The notes below the pieces were generated by a model. It saw only the letters and a list, made by a program, of their open reading frames with translations, was not told the origin of the DNA and ran no database searches. DNA of 61,102 bases, counting the filler, from Sphacelaria rigidula (taxonomy: Eukaryota), in NCBI GenBank assembly GCA_964200075.2. It is 6 parts of 6 records of this genome, joined end to end, with 100 filler letters (N's around TTAATTAATTAA, not from the genome) between each part and the next. Parts side by side here need not be neighbours in the genome. Positions count along the whole stretch, not along the records: positions 51,004 to 61,102 come from CAXNAA020007144.1; 5 more parts are not named here. The stretch is one strand, 5' to 3'. Numbering within the stretch: the first letter of the stretch is position 1; each line of letters starts with the position of its first letter. This document shows, in pieces, positions 52,191-61,102 of the stretch. Both the position numbers and the translations under genes were made by a program.

Positions 52191-54113
52191 GCGCGTGATT
52201 CCGTTGTTAATCACATGGGATCCGTCGATCTTGTGATCGCGGCTGGAGTATGATTCCTAGGAGATCGGGTAGTCTGCGACAATTCATCAATGACTCTGTA
52301 TAGGATACAGCTTACTATCAGCTCACAATCCCGCATCCATGTGCGCCAGCACCAACCGATCCACAAGCTTATCCTCAACATTCGTATTTCACCTGCATCA
52401 TGACCCGTTCGTGATAACTCACCACCACCTAAATTCTAAGCGGTGCCACATTTTTTTTTTTCGTATTTCTCTTCGAACAGCATGCTCGACGCCTTTGCGA
52501 GGGCATATTCACTGGCGTCGGCAGGTCGAAGATGTCGGATATTTGCGGACACGCTACGGATCTCTGGCAGTGGTGATAGCTGACATGGAGCTGTCACATA
52601 GGTTGTAAGCGGGCTCGTTATTTCCTCCCCACTCGGGTCACCCTTGACCCCGACCGGAGTATACAGGATAGAACCTTGCTTCGTTGTCTCTCACGGAGAG
52701 TACGTAACCTCGCTGTTGGTCCATTACGGAAAATCTTGACACAATAACGCAGACGCTTGTATTGGCAACATAGCGATGAAGCTCCGCGCCTACCAGGATG
52801 CCCCACGAAAGAGTGCGAGACTTTGAGCCTCTGCTCACCCCGCGTGTTTTCTGTTGGTCCTTCCGTCTCTAATCCTAGACTGTTGTGCGTAGCACCAGAT
52901 TGTGGCACTCTTGTCGTCACGATGCGCCAACGGATCGTTTGCGCAACACCGCAGTCCATCCACAACACAGCAACAGAGGCAGCCATGACTGATCGCGTAC
53001 CGAACAGCCACAAAGGTTGTGGTGCGACTCTCGTGTAGCACACCAATCCGGCGCACCACTTTTACACAGTCGACCGACGCGACGATCAAGCTCAAAACGT
53101 GGTCCCAACGCGACACGACACTTCACTTCTGCTCCCCAATCTACCAGAATTATACACACGAAAAAACACGACCGGGTCGAGAATCGAACAAGTCTACTTT
53201 CCATTACTCGGAAACAATAATCCATCTATGAAATAGCTGATTTATCTGAACCTGAGAGGTGGATACGCCAGTTCTATAAGCTTCTCAATGGTTCGGAGTC
53301 AGATGGGGGAGCGATGCTCAGAGCAAAGGGGGTACTCGTGGAAGCAACGAAAATGAACGGCTCAGAGCTGAGCGTCCATCTGATAGTGCGTAGTTGTGTG
53401 GATCTCTATAGCCAAATGATCGATGGGATCGATCAATTTGGCCAAAGCCGAGCGAAAACAAACGATCTGATCACTCAGGTTTCTCAGAGCTCAAAGCTGA
53501 GCACGAAGCTGAATGTCGTGTTACCCGTGAAATCTTATGCGGGATTTTCCCCCCCCAGTGAGTCAAATTGGCTCAGGTACAGAAGTCTGTGGCCAAAACG
53601 CGGCACATGTTATAACCTAAATATGCGCCGACCCGAAAGATTCCGAAATATGCCCCACAGCAACGATATAACGGAGCCATTAAATACTCGACAAACAAGA
53701 AACAAAGGAAAAACGGGGACGATACCCGAGTGTTATATTTTTGTATGTGTGAACAAGATGACTAACAGTATAACCTGTGAAAAAGTGGTCGAGTGCGTGT
53801 CTCACCTTCTTCTGTAATAAAAATACATTCCCTGATATTTGTCTGATACATTTTGTGCCCTCAATGGTGTTGCTTTGCTTTGCTAACAGTTGCTACGGTT
53901 ATGCACCATTTTTTTGTCGGCAGTGTGGTGATGCACCCCCTTGGCGATTGTATTCGATGATGACGACGATAATTAATTATATTAAACGCACCTGTTAATA
54001 GAATGACGACAGCAACTTCAGGAAATGGCTCATCTTCTGCCCGAGCCCGAAGCGCCGTTGACTTGAAGCTTGCAATGGAAGAGGATCTCGTAACGGATAC
54101 GGCAGTAATAACA

Positions 54114-54184
<71 letters not shown>

Positions 54185-54263
54185 TATTATTATTATTATT
54201 ACCATTATTATTACCATTATTATTACCATTATTATTACCATTATTATTATTATTATTGTTATT
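54114..54263. repeat. (TAT)n / (ACCATTATTATT)n microsatellite
   Basis: Direct reading; explains the poly-Y/I/N ORFs in the track. Confidence 0.95.
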
Positions 54264-54399
54264 GGTGTTCCGATTGCCTGACGGAAAGCCCGAGGGCAGT
54301 TTTTGGGAGCCTTCGGCTGCGACCTCCTCCTCAACGTTCGCACCCTGTGTTTTCCCCCGACTACGTCGGTCAGGTTGTGCAAGTTGAATCAGGCTATAA

Positions 54400-55670
54400 G
54401 GGTTGGCGTCGGTTGGCAACGACGCTGTAAAGCACACCCCTCATTGCGTAAGATAGGCAACCAGGCTACTTTTTTTTTCTCGCTTGCATTCCTTTTCGGT
54501 AACAGTGATGGTGGTCGAGTTAGATCAATTTGAGCCGGGTGGAGGATCTTAACTCCGCGCAATTGGAACGATTGAACTACGTGGTGTTTATGTGGTGAGA
54601 CACCTATGAGGGAGTGTAACCGGTGACTGTCTCTAGAAGTAAGTGGTGATATCAGATTCTGAAGCAACTTATTCAAGAGACTATCATCCATACGCAAGAT
54701 TATTAGTACGCTTCGGGGCGAAAAATCTTAGCAGGATGTGGGTCACCCCTAATGCGTTTCGCCGAACACATAACGGAGTTTCGCGCTTGGTGGTTGATTG
54801 CGAGCCTGGCCCCGCGAAGACCTGGCGTGCTCCGTCCCAGCTTTTTTGTAGAGATACGAGATCAATGGTATTATACATGCAGCCTGCAAGATCATAAGTA
54901 CCCCCCCCCCCCCCCCCCCCCTGAGCCTGGTCCGGCGAAAACCCGGCGTGCTCCGTCCCGGCTTTGTAGGACGAACCCCCTATGGGGTTGGCGTCGGTTG
55001 GCAATGACGGTGTAAGACACGCCACCCACTGCGTGAGCTAGGCGACCAGGTTACCGGGGGGGTTGCGTGCTTGCGTTTTATTTTGTGGTGACCATGATGG
55101 TGGTCGAGCTACCTCATGTTGTGCGAGGTGGGAGAATCTCAACTCCTCGCAAAGGTGATGACCATAATACATAGTGTTTAAATGGTGAGACACCCATGAG
55201 GCAGTGTGGAACCCGTGGCTTTCTCTGGAAGTGACCCGTGGCGATACCAGAATATGAGGCAACTCGTTGGAGGCTGTCCTCTAAATGAAAGATGACCAGT
55301 GCACTTCGCGGGCCGAATAATCTTCCTGGGTGTAGCTTACCCTTGATGCGACTCGCTGGAGATGTTACGGCGCTTCACACTTGGTGATTGGGTGCGAGCC
55401 TGGTCCGGCGACAACTCGGCGTGCTCCGTCCCGGCTTTGTGTGGATGTGAGGTCAACGATCATGTGACTATGGCATGCAATCGTTATCTGATTACAGCAT
55501 GCAAGATCATTAGATCCCACCTCACCCCTCGGCACAATGACCCCTGATGAGGTTGGCGTCGGTTGGCGATGACGCTATAAAACACGTCACTTACTGCGTA
55601 AGCTAGGCAACCAGGTTACCTATTTCGTTTGGCGCGCTTGCGTTTTTTTTGCGGCAACCATTATGGTATC
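54400..55670 (+). repeat. Diverged tandem array of a ~575-bp unit (2+ copies), each full unit carrying a poly-C core subtype-2 motif
   Basis: ggttggcgtcggttggc at 54401, 54986 and 55551; core-like motifs at ~54826-54921 and ~55420-55528. Confidence 0.8.
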
Positions 55671-55980
55671 AAGAGGAATCAGCGTAAGGCCCACGGATGA
55701 GCCCGATACTGTATAATGGGAATGTATGGATGTATTGTTCATGTTTCAGGTGGGACTAAGAAATACGAGTTGATCATGGGCCCAAAACTGCTTCTCGCTG
55801 TTAATAGCGGGGCGGCTGCGTACATCACAGTGCAATCAGGCATTATTACACGATTTTATCGTATACTACTATTATACACTACACTTTCACGACTGGATTC
55901 CCGGGGGGTCAGTTAAAGTGCGACAATCAATCAATTCATCACTCAAAAACTACACTACATACACTACACAGCCCAGGCCC

Positions 55981-56412
55981 AACACGGGATTTTACAAATT
56001 GGGGATAGATATTGTATTGGGGATGAAAACCCGGAGAATTAAAATCTTTGTATCCACACCAAAGTTTCGAAGTATGCTTCCATTTCTTCACTTGCTGGTA
56101 GCTATTGACAACTAGTACACGCCATACAAATTTGGATTTCGATAACCGAAATGTCGGGGTCCTATGTGGAAAAACAATTTTGACGTCCGATCAGACACCT
56201 AAAATCCCCCAAAATTGGTTTTTCACCTAGGATCCCGCCATTTCGGTTTTCAAAATCCAAAATTTGTATGGAGTGTAGTAGTTGTCAACATCTACCAGCA
56301 AGTGGAGAAATGAAAGCATACTTCGAAGATTTGGTGTGGATACGAAGATTTTAATTCTCCGGGTTTCCATTCCCAATAAAAGATCCATCCCTAATTGGTA
56401 AAATCCCGTGTT
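55981..56412. mobile_element. Palindromic MITE/fold-back (~200-bp arms, ~28-bp loop)
   Basis: aacacgggattttac...ccggagaattaaaatct versus agattttaattctccgg...gtaaaatcccgtgtt; related fragment at ~60990-61102. Confidence 0.85.
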
Positions 56413-56661
56413 GCCCGCCGACAAAATTTCGGGTCGTGAGCATTTGAGCCTCCGAAAATTCAGACGTTGCTCACAAGTGGTGCTCTGTCAGATGTTGCCT
56501 GATAAAAATAAATGGATGAATTAAGTAAACTGTCGATTTTATTGCCCTCATGAATACGAACACGGGCAGGATCAGAAGAACGTCGAATCCTCATGAGCAG
56601 GAGGGGAGGGAAGTGTGCGGTTTCTGAATGTGTTAGTAACTTTTCATCAGCCCGGATGAAG

Positions 56662-56795
56662 TTAGTAGCAGTAGTAGTAGAGTAGTGGCAGAAGTAGGAG
56701 TAGTAGTAGTGGTAATAGTAGCAGTAGTAGTAGTAGCAGCAGTAGTAGCAGTAGTAGCAGTAGTAGTAGCAGCAGCAGTAGTAGTAGTAGTAGTG
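56662..56795. repeat. (AGT/AGC)n microsatellite
   Basis: Direct reading. Confidence 0.9.
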
Positions 56796-57134
56796 GTGGC
56801 GGCAGTATTGTTATTCGTCTACTAGTATCAGTATCATGGTATTCGTCGTCGCCGTAGTAGCCGTATACAGTGTTTCTTTTCAACGAGATATTCGGGCGAC
56901 ACATGTGCATATAGATCGATAAAAGTGGGCATGAAAGTAAATTCAACCCCGATCCTGAGAATGTGAAAAAGGACGCGGCCAGCAAAACATTTCATATACT
57001 CGTTCGCACTTAGTGCAAACTGCGTCCGTCGTACAGCCGTGCAAGGGTTTGCCCACTTGACATCGTCCGCACCCGGTGCCAACTCACATGATGGGGGCTA
57101 TCTCACGGTGTCAAGTCGGCACGATACATCTCAC

Positions 57135-57455
57135 TATTATTCATCATTTTTATTATTATTATTCATCCATCGCACGTTGAACCCACCCCCTTCCTCGGGA
57201 CGAGTCCGTGTGGTCTCAGGGGATCAACGCTTTTTCTCCCTGGTGCAAGGCTTGCATTATAGTCTCGCGAATTGGAACAGCACTCCCGCGCCGCGTCAAC
57301 TTTACGTCAAACAAACTCAGTCGAATACTCTGTTAACTCACGTCTTTCAAGGTGTAAATCACATACTACGGAGGAAAAACCCGCCACATCGGGAATCGAA
57401 CCCTCGTTCTCTCCACCCTACTGGTGACATTCGGACCATTACACCGCCGGGGCGC
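57135..57455 (-). mobile_element. tRNA-derived SINE, family C
   Basis: Minus strand cgccccGGCGGTGTAATGG...GGTTCGATTCCC head; 3' module gatcccc...actcgtcccgagga..ggg plus A-rich tail, also seen at ~2440-2512, ~18990-19080 and ~31160-31250. Confidence 0.6.
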
Positions 57456-58739
57456 GGCGGCGAGCGTGAGAGACGGAAAACCAAGAAAATAGCAGGAGCG
57501 AAGTTCCTCGCAGGTACAATATTTTTCTCTTCACGCCAAAAGAACGCTTCGGAGTTACTCCAAACTTACAGTGTGACGCATGACGCTAGCCGCGTTGCTC
57601 TCTGTATCGTTTTAGCCGATGAATGGTACATAAATTGGGTGAGTCTTCTCGATGTGCAATATTGTACTCACTACTTGCTTCCTAAGGCCTGCCTCTACGG
57701 CGGCGGCATCACGATCTCGTGAGCATTTTTATCTCTTGCCCTCACTCTTTCCGGAAACCCCAAACAGAGCTTCTGCCTCTATCCTTCCCGACATACGCGG
57801 TTGCCGATGACGTACAACATTGAACGGTCCACAACTATTTTACGCTACATGCAGCCTGACCCGTAGGAAAGGAAAAACAACAAACTGCCAAAATCAGCTC
57901 GGGCTTGACGTTCGACCAAAGGCCACCAACGCAACAAACGCCCGCACCTTCTACAGCAGCAGCAGCGGCAGCAGCAGCGGCAGCGGCAGCTTACATTAAG
58001 CCTTCACGAGGAAGCAAGCACAAGACCACCAACCTGCACAAAGTAAAAACAGTTACTCAACGGTGTACCATCAAGAACGGCGAGTCCTCACCATTCGCAT
58101 TATCATCATCATCATCATCATCCTGTCGCGAACAGATTGTATCGCACGAGTCATCAGTCGAACTCATTTGCGGATGGAAGCACCATGGCAACAAACCAAT
58201 ATTTACCCCCCAACGGCGGAGAAATCTTCGAGGGTCGAAGAAGCTAAATTAACACCAGCCACGAACAAAGAGATGATAAATCTCCCCGTTTACACCGTCC
58301 TTGGGATATCGTCAGTTGCCCTAGAAAAGAACACATACTCTTGCTGGGCGTGTATTCTTCGCAACTACACACAAGACACGCATAACCCTACACACTCGTA
58401 ATCTGTGCTATCCTCCACAATGCGACAAATCTGACCAAAACCAAAAATCTGTCTGACATGGACTGAAAATAAAAGGAAGACATCTAGTACGGGGTCCTGG
58501 ATACACTGCAAGCACAAGCATTTACTCTCGGCGTCACTTCAAAGGCTGATTGTTTTGTGGTTGGTCCCCCAGAGAGGTGCAACTGCTGTCATGTGATGAT
58601 TCTACGGGGTGAAATGGGAAATAGTACAATGCAAAGAGTACCCAGCACGTCATGACATATCGGATACTCGGTCTTCAATAAGAAATACCACTAGAAAAAT
58701 ATGAGGGCGTCGAGCACCCATTCCGTCAATTTCTTCTTA

Positions 58740-59560
58740 ATACAGGGGAGACAACGATGCAATCACGACGAACGTGATGGCGCCAGAGATGATACAAGAC
58801 GAACAGCAAGCAAAACCCAACCGCTCCACGGCGTACGAGCATGGAGCTCTCATTAAACCTATTTGTCTCTTCTTGGTACAGGGGAGATGACGGCGCAATC
58901 ATGTCGAACATGTTGGCGCCAGAGGTAATACGCAACGAACAACAAACGAAAGCCGACCGCCCACTGGCACGGGGGCGACGAGAACCTATTTTACCTTTTC
59001 GTCTCTTCTTGGTACAGGGGAGATGACGGCGCAATCATGTCGAACATGTTGGCGCCAGAGGTAATACACAACGAACAACAAACGAAAGCCGACCGCCCAC
59101 TGGCACAGGGGCAACGAGCACCAATTTCACCTTTTCGTCTCTTCTTGGTACAGGGGAGCTGCCGGCGCAATCATGTCGAACATGTTGGCGCCAGAGGTAA
59201 TACACAACGAGTAACAAACGAAAGCCAACCGCCCACTGGCACAGGGGCATCGAGCACCCATTTCACCTATTCGTCTCTACTCGGTACAGAAGAGGAAGCG
59301 ACGCAATCATGTCGAATATGTTGGCACCATCGGTTGATACAAAACGAGTAACAAACAAGCCAACGCAATCATGTCGAACATGTTGGCGTCAGCGGCGATA
59401 AATAGCGAAAAACATACAACCCCCAATCGCCCACACTGGTATACGGGCATCAAGCGTCTATTCCACCTATGCGTCTCTCCTTGGCACAAGAGAAAAGCCG
59501 ACGCAATCATGTCGAACATGTTGGCACCAGCGGTGATAAAACAACGAGAAATATACAAAC
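58740..59560 (+). repeat. ~136-bp tandem repeat, about 6 copies, with the core cgcaatcatgtcgaacatgttggc
   Basis: ggtacag anchor at 58876, 59011, 59147 and 59283; central copies nearly identical, outer copies diverged. Confidence 0.9.
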
Positions 59561-59977
59561 CGCAACTGCTCAATGGCGGGGAAATTCGATCTGACACATT
59601 CATCGAGAGATGAAGAACAAATCTGGACTGGTGAAACGGCTGTTACGGCACATCTCACGTTCCACAGATTCCTACCCCCCCCTACCCCACTTGGGGTAAG
59701 ACAGACTCCACTATGCGGTCGTGTTCTACAACGGACAAAACTAACATGAAAACTGCGGACCCCGCTACCTTTCTCCCTTGACCACTAGGCATGAGAGTCC
59801 TCTCTGACTCGCTCATGAAGACGTCATATTTCGTCCCCATCCCAGGCAAGGGCTCACAAAGCCCTCCAGGTAAGTCAATCAACCGAAAGCAGTACGCGGC
59901 ATACCTCCGGTACAGGACGGGCGTGCGTGCACGACCAACCGCATTTTTTTGCTTCCTACCGCAGCCTCCAACTGATC

Positions 59978-60478
59978 TCAAGCGACATCTGACGCATCGG
60001 CGACGGCACTATACTCGCCGTTCTGGCCAATCGCCGCGCTTAGCAAAGAACTCATTTCCGCGGGAGGGAAGCTACCCTGCCGCGTTTCCGATGTCTCCAT
60101 CTTTGCCGTCGCAGGAGGATCGCTAGGCTCTTCGTCCGAGGGCGGCAGCTTCTCGAGAGATTGCAGGTCTCCTATGAAGCGCAAATCCGCGCGGTCCGTT
60201 TGCGGGCCGATGAACTTGGCCGCTCGGGTGATGAAGAGTGAAGCCAGGGAGGCGCACAGCGCCGGTGCTGCGACATTTGGCGCGCCCGAAAGGGTGGTGA
60301 GGATGAGAGGGGAAGCAAAGGGCGTGCGGGTAACAGCGACATTGAGTCCCGCAGCGAAGCACATGCACATGAGCGCCGGGCTGGCATGCACAAGCACATC
60401 CGGCACGAAGTCGGTCACCATCATGAGGCCCTTGCCCAGCGAAGCTCCGGCGAAGAAGAGCGGGAAAATGAAACCTCC
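59978..60478 (-). CDS. Terminal exon of a CLC-family chloride channel/transporter (no CBS domains in the tail)
   Basis: gacag|GGFIFPLFFAGASLG...AAGLNVAVTRTPFASPLILTTLSG; GGxFxP and VTRTP CLC motifs; 501 nt including stop. Confidence 0.9.
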   Translation of the reverse strand, partial: GGFIFPLFFAGASLGKGLMMVTDFVPDVLVHASPALMCMCFAAGLNVAVTRTPFASPLILTTLSGAPNVAAPALCASLASLFITRAAKFIGPQTDRADLRFIGDLQSLEKLPPSDEEPSDPPATAKMETSETRQGSFPPAEMSSLLSAAIGQNGEYSAVADASDVA

Positions 60479-60770
60479 CTGTCCGTTACGTCAGCGGAAG
60501 ATACAGGACGATACGTCGCGGGGAGCGGGGCGGGGAGATTGAACTCGCGAGGTTTTCATGTAGCCGAGCTTTCAAGGTGAATCAAGTTTCATGCATCTCT
60601 GAAAATCATGAATATCCATCCGTACACGACACATCTCGCTGGAGCCTACGACTGGAAGCACCCGCCGGGATACCAAATCGTTGGTATGGCCAGGGTGACT
60701 ATAATAGAGGTCTTCGTTCAGAGAACTTCACAGCAGCACAACTAACGCATCGCTAAGAACGGCGCCTTAC

Positions 60771-60884
60771 CCGGAATCCGGACTGGACTGTGAAGGCAAT
60801 CGCCATCAGCTTCGCCATGCCCACCAGCAGGTACATCGGTCCAGAGTCCCAGGGGTAGTGCTCGAGGCCGTAGAAAAAACCTCC
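60771..60884 (-). CDS. Penultimate exon of the CLC-family protein (GGFFYGLEHY...AKLMAIAFTVQSGFR)
   Basis: aacag acceptor and gtaagg donor; 114 nt, phase 0/0; splices to give SGFRGGFIFP. Confidence 0.9.
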
Positions 60885-61102
60885 CTGTTTCAGCATACAC
60901 GAAGGGGGATAAATAGGGGGAACTGTTACAACCGGTAAATCTGAACTGCGCGAAGTGACAGGTCTGATCTCAACAGCCAATCATCTATGTTGAGGATGGT
61001 GCTTTTGATTGAGGATGAGAACCCGGAGGATTAAAATCTTTCGGATCGCCGAAATACCCTGAAATTGGATTTTCCCGTAGGGCCCCAACATTTCGGTTAT
61101 TG

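Noticed and set aside
54003-54437. Poly-Tyr/Ile/Asn ORFs (likewise poly-Leu at 56662-56985 and poly-Asn at 13088-13300)
   Set aside because: These are translations of microsatellites
58740-59560. CRISPR-like array (conserved dyad core with variable intervals)
   Set aside because: The intervals are homologous to each other, so it is a tandem repeat without unique spacers; no cas genes; eukaryotic context

Overview
This is eukaryotic, intron-rich and repeat-dense DNA. Gene structure, GT-AG introns and repeat style are most consistent with a brown alga (stramenopile), which is an inference. The window is not one locus. It is six ~10.1-kb fragments (1-10101, 10202-20302, 20403-30503, 30604-40703, 40804-50903, 51004-61102) joined by 100-bp N/TTAATTAATTAA linkers. 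Host genes appear only as partial exon sets, all on the minus strand: a TB2/DP1/HVA22-like membrane protein, five phase-consistent exons of a FANCI-like protein, the first exon of a chorein-N (VPS13-family) protein, a TPR (STI1/Hop-like) exon, and the last two exons of a CLC chloride channel/transporter. The rest is mobile or repetitive: RTE-type LINE fragments, tRNA-headed SINEs, mariner-like transposase relics, TA- and TTAA-flanked MITEs, many fold-back palindromes (up to ~3.8 kb), minisatellites, and a decayed spliced Cys/His-rich gene. A ~55-bp conserved poly-C-tailed motif recurs about 10 times in two subtypes and sits at five fragment ends. Most ORFs in the supplied track are judged spurious.
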